Below the pieces are notes generated by a model. It saw only the letters and a list, made by a program, of their open reading frames with translations, had not been told where the DNA came from and ran no database searches. The position numbers and the translations under genes are program-made. Of a stretch of DNA of 64,000 bases, positions 30,877 to 41,615 are shown one piece after another; the first letter of the stretch is position 1, and every line of letters starts with the position of its first letter. Source of the DNA: a virus; the IMG/VR virus record IMGVR_UViG_2847502069_000001, positions 5,495 to 69,494 of that record; one strand, 5' to 3'.

Positions 30877-31289
30877 TAAAAATGTATATTAAAATAGTAG
30901 AAACTTCTAAAAGGAGTTTTTTTAGTTACGTTAATTAAAATAAAAAACTGTATATCTTAGATATACAGCCTCTTGCCCGACAAAAATTTAACTAGCCCTT
31001 GAGTGAAACGCATTACAATCTATTTCTATCAAAAAAACAAAGAATAGCTAAATATAGCGTTTAGTGTATCATATTACTACTTATTTATATACCCCTGAAT
31101 AAGAGGTAAATATAGAATTTGAGTTTTCGAAATTAAATTAATTAAAAGTTTTAAACAGAGGTTCCGGTAGATGCTGGCTTTTTTATATCTAATAATCTAG
31201 GATTTAATATTTTCTATCTTAGGAGAAATATATAATTATATATGTTATAATACCGATATAAAAAGTTTAATTGGAGAGTATAATCAATC

Positions 31290-32471
31290 ATGACAAGCCC
31301 ACAGCTGATAAATGCTATAACAACATCTTATAAAGAGTTGACGGATGATATCAATCTGGAGTATGTTGATCTTTATAAAGAATTTGAGGATGAGAAATTA
31401 CGGATGGTACTCTCAACTTTACACCATTTATTAACTGAATCATATATTACTATGAATCAACTTTTGCCTTCGGAAGATTATACGCGCCATTTTTGGGCCG
31501 AAGACAGTCGTAAACTGATCAATATAATAAAAATTATTAATAAGCTTAAAGGTAAACTTTTAAATAGTGAACTTTCTTTTAAATTAGATGACTATTACGC
31601 AAATGTTTTAAAAAATTCAAAAGATTTTTTATCCAAAAGTGGGGGGAGTGAAATTCCCCCATTTACTGAATCAGTTGACCTATATTATGAGATCCCTATT
31701 TTTATTCCGACTAATTCCTTAAATATTTCTCGTGAAGATAAAAAAATATTTTCTGATTTAAAACCTATTGGGGAGGGCTCTTACGCGTCTGTTTATAAAT
31801 ATAAAGATGAATTTTATGATAAAGAATTTGTATTGAAAAGAGCTAAAAAAAAGCTTGATACTAAAGAACTGGAGAGGTTCAAAATTGAATATGAACAAAT
31901 GAAATCACTAAGTTCTCCGTACGTGACAGAGGTATACAGGTATAATGGCGATGAAAATGAATATATTATGGAGTGTATGGACTATTCTTTAGAATCCTAC
32001 TTAAAAAAATTTCAAGATAAATTAGATTTTAATGCCAAAAGAAAAATTGTTTTCCAAATATTAAATGCTTTTAAATATATACATTCGAAAGGTATTTTAC
32101 ATAGAGATATTAGTCCTAAAAATATTTTGATAAAAAAATATGAGGATGTACTTATTATAAAAGTAGCTGATTTTGGCTTAGTCAAAATTCCTGAGAGTGG
32201 TCTTACATCATTAATGACAGATTTTAAAGGTGCTTTTAATGATTTATCGTTGAAGCAGGAAGGATTCAGTAGCTATAATATATTACATGAGACTTATGCA
32301 CTGACAAAATTAATATATTACACTATGACTAACCGGACAAATATAAAAATTGATAGTATCAAGAATTCGGACCTTAAACAATTTGTTTCAAAGGGTACTA
32401 GTCTAGATAAAAACGTCAGATATAAAAATGTTGATGAAATGATTTCGAGCTTTAGATCTATAAAATTTTGA
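31290..32471 (+). CDS. Hanks-type Ser/Thr protein kinase with unknown N-terminal domain (prophage cargo)
   Basis: IGEGSYASV Gly-loop, VLK lysine, HRDISPKNIL, KVADFG; own TGTTATAAT promoter at 31243. Confidence 0.9.
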   Translation: MTSPQLINAITTSYKELTDDINLEYVDLYKEFEDEKLRMVLSTLHHLLTESYITMNQLLPSEDYTRHFWAEDSRKLINIIKIINKLKGKLLNSELSFKLDDYYANVLKNSKDFLSKSGGSEIPPFTESVDLYYEIPIFIPTNSLNISREDKKIFSDLKPIGEGSYASVYKYKDEFYDKEFVLKRAKKKLDTKELERFKIEYEQMKSLSSPYVTEVYRYNGDENEYIMECMDYSLESYLKKFQDKLDFNAKRKIVFQILNAFKYIHSKGILHRDISPKNILIKKYEDVLIIKVADFGLVKIPESGLTSLMTDFKGAFNDLSLKQEGFSSYNILHETYALTKLIYYTMTNRTNIKIDSIKNSDLKQFVSKGTSLDKNVRYKNVDEMISSFRSIKF

Positions 32472-32637
32472 AATTTATTGAATAACTAAAAAGCGGGCAA
32501 AAAGCAGGCAGTTTTGAATGAGAAATGAAAATTAATGATAAATGTGTGAATAAGAGGTACTTTTGAAAAAGCAATAAATACAAGGCTTTGAATTGTATTT
32601 GACCGATTGTGAAAAGTTGTGAAATAGCAGTTCTCTC

Positions 32638-32688
32638 CTCCGTGCACTCACAGGTAAAAAAGCTCGTATCGCTGAACGTCGTCGTTAA
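32638..32688 (+). other. rplS: attR of prophage 1: duplicated 3' end of the ribosomal protein L19 gene
   Basis: Translates LRALTGKKARIAERRR-stop with no upstream L19 coding sequence; followed by a terminator. Confidence 0.75.
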
Positions 32689-32701
32689 GATACACCAGCT
32701 T

Positions 32702-32727
32702 AACCGCTCTATTGAGCGGTTTTTTTA
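32702..32727 (+). terminator. Rho-independent terminator after the rplS remnant
   Basis: AACCGCTC-TATT-GAGCGGTT then T-run. Confidence 0.85.
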
Positions 32728-32984
32728 TTTGGAAAGATTTATGGTTATGCTCAAAGATTTAAGGATATTGTTTTATTGAATCTACTGAGCTAGGTTAATG
32801 AAGTAGTTCATAATTTAAAATAGAAGAAGTTGAATAATAAGAGCCGTTTGGTAATTTATCAAGACGACTTTTTTTGTAGTTAAATAATTACATTAATGAT
32901 GGATTTTAAGGAAAAAAATGCGATAATTGTTTAAATGTAGTTTATAGAGTACAATGCAATTAAAAAAGATCAGAAAGGACTGAA

Positions 32985-33493
32985 ATGAAAAAAATATCAG
33001 TCGAGAAGAAGCAAAGAAATCTTTAGTCTATGACCCTTATTTTGAAAAAGGCCATTATGGGAGTAAAATTTTTCAGACAATAATTGCTCTTTTAGGCTGG
33101 TGTGGTGTTGTCATTCCATTTTTATGGATTATTTTTCCTTTTGTTTTTCCAAATCGAGCAGATCTTAATCATATCATTGTTTATAGAGAAGAAAAATCTA
33201 CACTTCTATTTCTTTTCATTTTTCTCTCTTTATCTTTTGTTTTCCTGGCTATTTTATATATCATCTTAACTTTTTGGAATAATTATCGTTTTAAACATTT
33301 TTTACAAAAAGAAAAGCAGTACGATGCTGAACGTGTAGATGTAAGACGAAAGTTAATAAATCAAGCTTATGATGAACGATTTGGCACAAAAGATTTTCGC
33401 CATAATGTTTGTTTTTATTCGGTCAAAGAAGAGCAAAATTTGGAAACAGATTTTGTGAAAAAGCTTTATCAGAAGGGAGAAAACAATGATTAG
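32985..33493 (+). CDS. Membrane protein coupled to GT2 (IcaD/PgaD-like position); 1-bp deletion in A7 run after ATG
   Basis: AGAAAGGA RBS; one extra A gives MKKNISREEAKK...LYQKGENND with two TM segments; missed by ORF track. Confidence 0.7.
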
Positions 33494-34814
33494 TTTTGTT
33501 CAAACGGGAAATGGCATTGTTGACTTTATTCTGACACTGATATTTCTGGTGTTAATTACTTACCCAATTTTAGGCGGATTCGCCTGGTTTATTGGAGTCT
33601 TATGTTATAGCTTTTTGTTCAAATATAAGCAAAAGGATTGGGATGATATTCCAGTAGAAGTTGAACCTTTTGTTACTATAATGGTTCCAGCTCATAATGA
33701 AGAAATAGTCATTGAAGATACACTTAATTATTTAATGACAAAAATTAATTATGAAAATTATGAGGTTCTAGTTACTGATGATGGTTCAACTGACCGAACT
33801 CCCGAAATTTTAAAAGAATTACAAGAAAAATATGATAAATTGCGTGTGATTAGAATTGAAAAAAATAAAGGAAAAGCGCATGCCTTTAATATTGGTTTAG
33901 GATTTGCAAAAGGAGAACTAGTTTTAAGCAACGATGCGGATACTGTTCCAGAACCTGACTCTTTAAATCGCTATATCAATTATTTTATTCGACAAGATTC
34001 TACTAACATCTCAGCAGTAACAGCTAACATGGATGTTCAGAATCGTGCAAAATTGATTGCGAAATCTCAAACAGTTGAATTTTCTAGTATTGTAGGAATT
34101 ATTAAACGGACTCAACTTGGTGTGCTAGGGAGTATTTATGCCTATAGTGGCGCAAATACGATGTATCGAAAAGATGCCTTAATTGATGTAGGTTTGTTTC
34201 GACAAGATAGAGCCACAGAAGATATTAGTATTGCTTGGGACCATCAAATGGACGGTTGGTTATCATTGTTTGCGCCTAGGATTATGTTCTTTATGGAGGT
34301 TCCAGAATCTCTGAAAATGCTCTATCGTCAAAGGAAACGGTGGGCCAAAGGTGGAACAGAGGTTTGGCTGACTAATTTTAAAAAAGTATTTTTACACCCT
34401 TTTGACAATGTTGGCCGAACAATTATGTTTATTGACCAAAGTTTCAGCATTATCTGGTCATTCTTTTTCTGGATTTCGTCAGCAATTTTTATCTGGTCTT
34501 TATTTCAATTTGCCATTACCGGAAACTTAGAACGGATTTACCACATGTTAACAATGGCCTTTCTCTTTGTTTGCTTTGAAATGATTTCGGGGACTTTTCA
34601 ATTAGTCGCTTCATTAATAGTTGATGACCGTGGAAGAAAAGTAAAATATCTATTATTTGCTCCACTTTATATGCTTTTTTACTGGGTAATGAATGCATTA
34701 ACCATTGTAACGACTTTTATTCCAGCAGTAAAAACTATTCTAGGTTTAGGGTCTGGAACCTGGAAAAGTCCGGAGCGTAAAGGGATAAAAGTGACAAATA
34801 AAAAAGATAATTGA
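33486..34814 (+). CDS. Family 2 membrane glycosyltransferase (IcaA/PgaC-like)
   Basis: DDGSTD, DAD, TED and QRKRW motifs; TM helices. Confidence 0.9.
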   Translation: MISFVQTGNGIVDFILTLIFLVLITYPILGGFAWFIGVLCYSFLFKYKQKDWDDIPVEVEPFVTIMVPAHNEEIVIEDTLNYLMTKINYENYEVLVTDDGSTDRTPEILKELQEKYDKLRVIRIEKNKGKAHAFNIGLGFAKGELVLSNDADTVPEPDSLNRYINYFIRQDSTNISAVTANMDVQNRAKLIAKSQTVEFSSIVGIIKRTQLGVLGSIYAYSGANTMYRKDALIDVGLFRQDRATEDISIAWDHQMDGWLSLFAPRIMFFMEVPESLKMLYRQRKRWAKGGTEVWLTNFKKVFLHPFDNVGRTIMFIDQSFSIIWSFFFWISSAIFIWSLFQFAITGNLERIYHMLTMAFLFVCFEMISGTFQLVASLIVDDRGRKVKYLLFAPLYMLFYWVMNALTIVTTFIPAVKTILGLGSGTWKSPERKGIKVTNKKDN

Positions 34815-35039
34815 AATTACTAACGATAAAAGTTTGATTTTATATCTTATCATTTGAAAATTTTTGAGGAGTTAAAGTACTCCTTTTTTTGAATTAACTT
34901 TTTTTAAGAAGACTAATAATAAAAATAATGACTTGTATAAAGACAACTAAGCGTAATTTTTAATCATCATAAATAAAATATTGTATTCATTATGTTATAA
35001 TTAAATGAGAATTGAAGAATATTTTTTGGAGGTAAAGTT

Positions 35040-35576
35040 ATGTTAACAGATTTTGAAAAACTTCGACGCGGAGTCGGATTTAGTGGGATAATTTCAATTA
35101 TTATTGGTTTATTGATATTATTCTTACCTACAAAAACAGCAGCTATTGTCGCAGCTCTTGTAGGGGTAGCACTCGTAATTATGGGTGTCATTTATATTGG
35201 AGCAAATCTAGTCAAAAGAAGTGAAGAAAAAGGAAATTTCTGGAGAATTTCTCATCTCTTGTTGGGATTTATCTACTTATTTGCAGGAATTTTTGTTTTT
35301 TCAGATTTGAATGCAGCCGCAGAATCGCTTTTTGTCCTTATTGGTATTTTTGTAGGGATTAGTTGGATTGTAGATGGAATTGTAACTCTTACAGTTTTGA
35401 CTAATTTCAATAGTAAATTTTGGGGGATTTTCTTAAGTGTAATTAGTATCATTGCTGGTTTTACCTTAGTATTTTCTCCGCTTTGGGGAGGGGTAACTTT
35501 GTGGTTACTTCTTGGAATCGAATTTTTAATTGTTGGGTTCATCAAAATGATTCACTATTACAGATGGGATAAATAG
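35040..35576 (+). CDS. HdeD/DUF308 family membrane protein
   Basis: Six hydrophobic helices with repeated GIISIIIG pattern. Confidence 0.8.
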   Translation: MLTDFEKLRRGVGFSGIISIIIGLLILFLPTKTAAIVAALVGVALVIMGVIYIGANLVKRSEEKGNFWRISHLLLGFIYLFAGIFVFSDLNAAAESLFVLIGIFVGISWIVDGIVTLTVLTNFNSKFWGIFLSVISIIAGFTLVFSPLWGGVTLWLLLGIEFLIVGFIKMIHYYRWDK

Positions 35577-35774
35577 AAATGAAAAGGCCGATGAATATCG
35601 GCTTTTTTATTTATGCAACTTTATTAGAGATAAATAAAATTTTTATGGAACAAAATTGATAATGATTGGTCTCAAAAAAAATCTAAAGAATATATTTGGA
35701 AGCGTCTGACAATTTTTTTTTCGTGATATAATTTTTAGTGGACGTTTCTTGACGTTCTTAGATTGGGGATGAGA

Positions 35775-36506
35775 ATGAAAAATTATCTCAAATGGCTCAA
35801 AGATGAGCTAAAATCAATTAATACAGCCGGAAGCATCATGCTTTCGTTTATCATAGGAGTACAGTTGGCTTTCTTTTTAACGTCAACAATTACGGTCTTA
35901 TCAATTATCACTTTGATTGCTACCTTAATGGGGTCGGCATGTACAGTTTACATGATGATTGGAAAACCAATTAATGGTCTTTTGGGGCTGATTAGTGCTT
36001 TTGGTTATATCTATATTAACTGGACTGCTGGTCACTATGCCTCTGTTTTAGATCAAATTGTTTTTGTTTTGCTGATTGACTTGCCATTGATTTTCACTTG
36101 GAAAACTTGGGGACATAGAATTGAAAATGGGGTCAAATTCATGAAGACAAAAGGATGGATTTTGACAATCATCAGTATGTTGGTTCTTTGGTGGCCAATT
36201 ACAGTCATTTATACAAAACTTGGAGACACCAATCCTTTATGGGATGCTATTACTTTAATTATTGGAGCTGCGGCTTCAATCTTGGTTGTTAGAGGTTATG
36301 GGGATAGTTACTCACTTTGGCTCTTATCTGATGTGGTCATGATTATTTTATGGGCAACAGCACTTATGGATGGCTATTCTGCAAGTTCTTTAGCAATGCT
36401 TCTAACTATTACTTTCTATTTGGTTACTTCTTTATATGGAAAATTCTTTTCTATTTGGAAGAATGACAAGAAGGCAAGTGGAGAAGTAGTAACTGAGAGA
36501 AACTAA
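35775..36506 (+). CDS. pnuC: Nicotinamide riboside transporter
   Basis: PnuC-like TM pattern, WDAITLII...SYSLWLLSDVV. Confidence 0.8.
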   Translation: MKNYLKWLKDELKSINTAGSIMLSFIIGVQLAFFLTSTITVLSIITLIATLMGSACTVYMMIGKPINGLLGLISAFGYIYINWTAGHYASVLDQIVFVLLIDLPLIFTWKTWGHRIENGVKFMKTKGWILTIISMLVLWWPITVIYTKLGDTNPLWDAITLIIGAAASILVVRGYGDSYSLWLLSDVVMIILWATALMDGYSASSLAMLLTITFYLVTSLYGKFFSIWKNDKKASGEVVTERN

Positions 36507-36621
36507 AAAGGGAGTTGCTCATTGAGCAACTTTTTTTTATTTAAAGTATAACAAAAGCACCTACTCTCAAAATTAAAGTAGATGCCTTTATCGATTGGGA
36601 TACTCGCCCATTTTTTTCTCC

Positions 36622-36777
36622 TTAAACTAATTGTTCTAAGTTTTGTACAGCTTCTTCAATAGTATCTCCAGCACCATAAATATTTGAATCATTTACAAGT
36701 GATGCTCTGAAGATATTATGAGAAGTATCTAGAGTTACTGTATATTGGAAAAATTTATTTTTGTTAGTGAATGTCAT
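36622..36777 (-). CDS. Small protein (51 aa), HicB/UPF0150-like C-terminus
   Basis: AAGGAG RBS; YGAGDTIEEAVQNLEQLV. Confidence 0.6.
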   Translation of the reverse strand: MTFTNKNKFFQYTVTLDTSHNIFRASLVNDSNIYGAGDTIEEAVQNLEQLV

Positions 36778-37034
36778 AGTACATTCTCCTTTCTTTATTT
36801 ATTATACGAAAGGGAACCAAATTGGTTCATAACGAAATTCCAATTAAATTGTAGCATAAAGAAATCAGAATATCAAAAAAAGTGATTTAATATTTTCATA
36901 AAATTATATTTTTACTTCTAAGTAAAATTGGAAAAAAAGTCTTAAAAATAAACGTTTCTTCTAAAAATATAGTGAGTGTTTAGTTGGACTTCTTAAATAT
37001 TTTATCATAGAATATAGTAAAGGAGGCGTTTACA

Positions 37035-37460
37035 ATGAGAGATGAATACAAGAAAATTTTAGTTGCAGTTGATGGCTCTGACCAATCGAAAGAAGCAATT
37101 CACGAAGCAGTCGCCATTGCCAAAAGAAATAAAACTTCATTATTTGTTTTACATGTTAAAGACGAAACAAGACTTCGGGGAACTCCGTATGCCTTGGCAA
37201 TTAATTTGGATGATTTAGAAACAGAATCTAAAGAAATTATTGCTGAAGTTGAGGTTCTGATTAATGATGAAGTTGAGTTTGAAGTCCATGCCTTTACAGG
37301 AAATCCAAAGAAAGAAATCATTAATTTTGCAAAGCAATTTGAATTGGATTTGATTGTAGTCGGTTCAAATGGTAAGGGATTATTAGACAGGATGCTAGTA
37401 GGTTCGACGACAAGTTATGTTGTTAATCATGCGCCTTGCAATGTTATGGTTGTAAAATAA
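37035..37460 (+). CDS. Universal stress protein UspA family
   Basis: YKKILVAVDGS...DLIVVGSNG...GSTTSYVVNHAPCNVMVVK. Confidence 0.95.
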   Translation: MRDEYKKILVAVDGSDQSKEAIHEAVAIAKRNKTSLFVLHVKDETRLRGTPYALAINLDDLETESKEIIAEVEVLINDEVEFEVHAFTGNPKKEIINFAKQFELDLIVVGSNGKGLLDRMLVGSTTSYVVNHAPCNVMVVK

Positions 37461-37581
37461 CCAAAAAATCTTGGCGTAAGCTAGGATTTTTTATGAAGAT
37501 TTATATGATGACAAAAGAATTCACTAGAGTTAGTGAAGAAAAGGATGATAGGGGAATGTAGAAAATAGGAGGAATGAGTTA

Positions 37582-37929
37582 ATGGCGTCGAAATAGGAGT
37601 TAATTGATTATGTAGCAGACCGTACAGAACTTTCAAAAGTAAATGCAGCAAAGGCAATCAATGCCTTTGTCGAGGCAATCACTTACTATATTTCTGAAGG
37701 GACTCCCGTACATATTTCAAATTTTGGAACTTTTGAGGTTCGTAAACGTGCAGCCAGAGTCAGTCATGATGTTCATTCAAGAGAAAAAATTTTAGTAGGC
37801 GAACAAAATATTCCGGTATTTAGAGCTGGAAAAGCTTTAAAATTGGCTACGAAACAAGAACTATCTGATGAAGATATGGTGATTGAAACATTGAGCAATA
37901 TGATTTTGGAAGTTCAACATCATGATTAA
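37582..37929 (+). pseudogene. hslB: HU-like DNA-binding protein with TAG at codon 5
   Basis: MASK-stop-ELIDYVADRTELSK...NFGTFEVRKRAAR...PVFRAGKALK HU signature; symbol from recalled synteny. Confidence 0.8.
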
Positions 37930-37998
37930 CACCTGTTAATGGCTATTATTTTCCAAATAGAATTAAAAAAAACGATTCTTCTAAAAGAACCGTTTTTT

Positions 37999-38532
37999 TT
38001 AATTTATGAGCTCAACTAATAGATTAGCAATTTGAGTAGGTGTTTCCTTTTGTTTTCGACGAATCCATGATTGAGTAGTTCCAAAAATAGCATTAGCATA
38101 GTAGGTTGTCGCATAAATTTCCCCTAATTTTCCTAATTTAAGATGTTTAGACTGAGGGAAAAAGGAACTTTGAATAAGTTCTTTGAGTTTTTGCAACATA
38201 AACTGGTGGATTTCTTTGCTACCATTTTCCGAAAGAAGAGCGGCATATATTTGATTTCCTTTTAGAAATTCAAAAGTTTCAAGCATTGTTGCATGAATAT
38301 TTCCGTTATTTTTTTCAAAGACATATTGAATAGTCTCAAAAAGTCGACGTTGATAGGCTTCAATCATGTCATATTTATCTTGATAATGAGTATAAAAACT
38401 ACTACGACTAACTTTAGCTAATTTCACAAGTTCAGTCGTTGAAATTTGGTCAAAAGATTTCTCGCCTAAAAGTTGAATCATGGCATCTCGTAATTGAAGT
38501 TTTGTACGATCTTTTCTGCTGTCATTAGACAT
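37999..38532 (-). CDS. TetR/AcrR family transcriptional regulator
   Basis: FDQISTTELVKLAKVSRSSFYTHYQDK HTH. Confidence 0.93.
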   Translation of the reverse strand: MSNDSRKDRTKLQLRDAMIQLLGEKSFDQISTTELVKLAKVSRSSFYTHYQDKYDMIEAYQRRLFETIQYVFEKNNGNIHATMLETFEFLKGNQIYAALLSENGSKEIHQFMLQKLKELIQSSFFPQSKHLKLGKLGEIYATTYYANAIFGTTQSWIRRKQKETPTQIANLLVELIN

Positions 38533-38697
38533 TTAAAGGGGGGACCTCCGTCCTTTTTAGAATGTAAGTGCTTCATTTAGACAAATTTAAAAATATGTCC
38601 AAAACTGAATGGATAATAATTGTCAAATTTTCTAAAAAGTTTATAATACGTATTGTAACAGTTTTTGGACGTGTTGTCCATAAAGAAAGGGGAAAAG

Positions 38698-41097
38698 ATG
38701 TTAAAAAAAGAATGGCAAGCCATTTTAAAGCACAAATTTTTTATTATTGTTATTATCGCTTTGGCACTTGTACCAGCAATTTATAACTATATTTTCTTAG
38801 GTTCTATGTGGGATCCTTACGGTAAATTGAATGACTTACCAGTAGCGGTTGTAAATTTGGACAAGACGTCTGAATTGAACGGAAAAAAATTCAAACTTGG
38901 TGATGATGTCATTGCTGAAATGAAAAAATCAAAGGATTTAGATTATCATTTTGTTTCAGAGAATAAAGCTTCTAAAGGGATAAAAAAAGGTGATTATTAC
39001 ATGGTTATCACTTTTCCAGAAAACTTTTCAGAAAATGCAACGACTTTAATGAATAAGAAACCAAAAACGGTTCAGTTAGATTACCAAACAACACGTGGTC
39101 ATAACTATATTTCATCAAAAATGAGCGAAAGTGCGATGAATCAGCTGAAATCAGAGGTTTCAAAAAATATCACAGAGACTTACACCAAAGAAATTTTCGC
39201 TAAGCTTGGTGATATGAAGTCAGGAATGAAAGAAGCTTCTGACGGTTCAAATAAATTGGCTGATGGAACTTCGTCAGCATTGAATGGTTCAAAAGAATTA
39301 AGTAGTAATTTGAATACTTTATCTTCATCAAGTTTAACTTTTACTGACGGCGCAAATAATTTGAATTCAGGCTTAAATAAATATGTATCAGGAGTGAATC
39401 AAGCTGCCAATGGGGGACAACAACTTTCTTCTGGTGCTGACCAATTTGTCAGTGGAACGCAACAATTAGCAGCAGGTACACAAACGCTGGCTGATAAATC
39501 AAAAGAGCTGTCAGCAGGAATTTCACAAATTTCTCAAGGGTCAGAAGCGGTGAGTCAATTGCAATCGGGTGTGCAACAACTATCCGAAGGCTTAAGTCAA
39601 TTGGCTCAAAAAACAACTTTATCCGAAACTCAACAGCAAAATATCAGTGCTGTACAAAATGGTCTTACTGAATTAAATCAGGAGTTACAAAAAAATACGA
39701 TTGACCCAAATTTGGCTGCCAATATCCAAAATAACTTGAAAGGTCTTGGAGCTACGGTCACAAATCTAGCTAATGATCAAGTGGTAGCCTCTAAGGCAGC
39801 AGTTGAAAGTACTGAGACTTTTAAAACTTTAAGCGAAAGTCAGAAAACAGATATAAGAAATGCATTAGATAATTCTGTTGGTGCTGGAGCAGTTCAAACC
39901 GATTTACTATCATTAAATAAGAATATTAAAGGAGTCCAAGACAGTCTTACAAGTCTACTACCAATGTTTGGAAAAATTGCTGATCTTAAAACATTAGTTC
40001 CAGGCGCAAGTCAAATAATTGCTGACCTTTCAGGTGGTCTGAACGAAGTAAACACTAATGTAAACACAAAATTTATTCCTGGTATCAATCAGTTAAATGC
40101 TGGTTTGACGAATTTTAATGACCAGTTAACTTCTGGAAGTCAAAAATTAACTTCTGGTTTTGCCCAATACGCTGACGGAGTTAATCAAGCAAACGCTGGC
40201 GCTCAACAATTAGCAAGTAAATCAAAAGATTTACAAAGCGGGACAATGCAATTAGTTTCTGGATTGTCACAATTACAAGCGAATGGTTCAACTTTAACTT
40301 CAGGTTCAAATCAATTGGCAGGGGGCGCTCAACAAATTTCTTCTGGTTCACAACAATTGGCAAATGGAGGTTCAAGTTTAACAAGTGGTTTGGGAACGCT
40401 AAATACAGGGGCTAATAACTTGTCAACAGCGTTAACCAAAGCAGATGATACTCTCTCATCAACTAATAATTCTAATGAAAATGCTAAAAAAGTAGCTGCA
40501 CCGTTGAAACTTAAACATACTGACCATGACAATGTACCAGAAAATGGTGCAGGAATGACACCATACATGATTAATGTTGCTCTCTTTATTGGTGCCCTTG
40601 CGACAAATGTTGTGATTGGAATTGGTTTCTCAGGTGAAAAATGGAAATCTGGTCGCGAATTTATGTTGGCGAAAATTGGTACAAATGGTTTGGTAGCACT
40701 TTTACAAGGAATCATCGTCTGGGGAGCAGTTGCTCTTCTTGGATTGAGACCAAATCATTTGTGGGAAATGTTGTTGTCAGTACTTTTAATCAGCTTCGCT
40801 TACATGGCAATCAATACTTTCTTCTTAACGGCTCTAGGTAAGATTGGTGAATTCTTTATGATTGTTGTCTTAGTTCTACAACTGGCGACGAGTGCAGGAA
40901 CTTACCCCTTACAACTTGCTCCTAAAATATATCAAGTCATCAGTCCTTGGTTACCAATGACTTATGGTTTAAAAATGTTACGTGAAACCATTGGTTTGAA
41001 TGGAGCAATTTTACCAGAAGCAATCCTATTTGTGGTTATTATCGCTCTCTTTACTTTCATGTTGAGTTTCTTCAAGAAATTCTCACGTTTTGCATAA
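38698..41097 (+). CDS. yjaE: YhgE/Pip-family membrane protein YjaE (receptor of bIL67-type Ceduoviruses)
   Basis: 799 aa; WDPYGKLNDLPVAVVNLD, QLASGS-type heptads, five C-terminal TM helices; divergent TetR. Confidence 0.85.
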   Translation: MLKKEWQAILKHKFFIIVIIALALVPAIYNYIFLGSMWDPYGKLNDLPVAVVNLDKTSELNGKKFKLGDDVIAEMKKSKDLDYHFVSENKASKGIKKGDYYMVITFPENFSENATTLMNKKPKTVQLDYQTTRGHNYISSKMSESAMNQLKSEVSKNITETYTKEIFAKLGDMKSGMKEASDGSNKLADGTSSALNGSKELSSNLNTLSSSSLTFTDGANNLNSGLNKYVSGVNQAANGGQQLSSGADQFVSGTQQLAAGTQTLADKSKELSAGISQISQGSEAVSQLQSGVQQLSEGLSQLAQKTTLSETQQQNISAVQNGLTELNQELQKNTIDPNLAANIQNNLKGLGATVTNLANDQVVASKAAVESTETFKTLSESQKTDIRNALDNSVGAGAVQTDLLSLNKNIKGVQDSLTSLLPMFGKIADLKTLVPGASQIIADLSGGLNEVNTNVNTKFIPGINQLNAGLTNFNDQLTSGSQKLTSGFAQYADGVNQANAGAQQLASKSKDLQSGTMQLVSGLSQLQANGSTLTSGSNQLAGGAQQISSGSQQLANGGSSLTSGLGTLNTGANNLSTALTKADDTLSSTNNSNENAKKVAAPLKLKHTDHDNVPENGAGMTPYMINVALFIGALATNVVIGIGFSGEKWKSGREFMLAKIGTNGLVALLQGIIVWGAVALLGLRPNHLWEMLLSVLLISFAYMAINTFFLTALGKIGEFFMIVVLVLQLATSAGTYPLQLAPKIYQVISPWLPMTYGLKMLRETIGLNGAILPEAILFVVIIALFTFMLSFFKKFSRFA

Positions 41098-41282
41098 AAT
41101 AAATTACTGACAGAAAAAATTTATTCATAAAATTTTCTGTCAGTAATTTTTTATCTAGAAATTTTAAAATAAATTTGGTAAAATAAAGCTGTAAAAAGAA
41201 TTTGACAATTTGGATTTGTCCTAGAAAGCACATTCGTTCAACTTTTAAAGTTTTGCTTTTTATGACAGCCTAAGGAGATAAA

Positions 41283-41615
41283 ATGGCAGATAAATACACA
41301 GAAGAGCAAGTGAATGAAATCAAGGACAAAATTCTCTCTGCCCTTGAAAACGTCATTGACCCAGAGCTTGGGATTGATATTATCAACCTCGGATTAGTTT
41401 ATGAAATTAGCTTTGAAGATAATGGATTTACAGAAATTAAAATGACATTGACAACAATGGGTTGCCCTTTGGCGGACCTTTTGACTGAACAGATTCATGA
41501 TGCTTTGAAAGAAGTGCCAGAAGTTGGTGAAATCAAGGTGAACTTGGTTTGGTATCCAGCATGGACAGTTGATAAAATGAGTCGTTATGCCCGTATTGCT
41601 TTAGGGATTCGATAG
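41283..41615 (+). CDS. DUF59 / SUF-associated metal-sulfur cluster assembly protein
   Basis: VIDPELGIDIINLGLVY...TLTTMGCPL...WYPAWT. Confidence 0.92.
   Translation: MADKYTEEQVNEIKDKILSALENVIDPELGIDIINLGLVYEISFEDNGFTEIKMTLTTMGCPLADLLTEQIHDALKEVPEVGEIKVNLVWYPAWTVDKMSRYARIALGIR

Larger units (their letters stand above)
1..32690 (+). mobile_element. Prophage 1: cos-type P335-group temperate lactococcal siphophage; left end outside window
   Basis: Ordered cro/antirepressor-replication-late activator-HNH-terS-terL-portal-protease-capsid-tail-TMP-Dit-Tal-holin-lysin modules; right border marked by a duplicated rplS 3' end. Confidence 0.95.

Noticed and set aside
35600-35770. Riboswitch upstream of pnuC
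   Set aside because: No recognisable aptamer or terminator/antiterminator seen in the short leader
39180-40470. Repetitive QLASGS/QL.SG heptads in YjaE as a novel repeat
   Set aside because: Normal coiled-coil repeats of YhgE/Pip proteins
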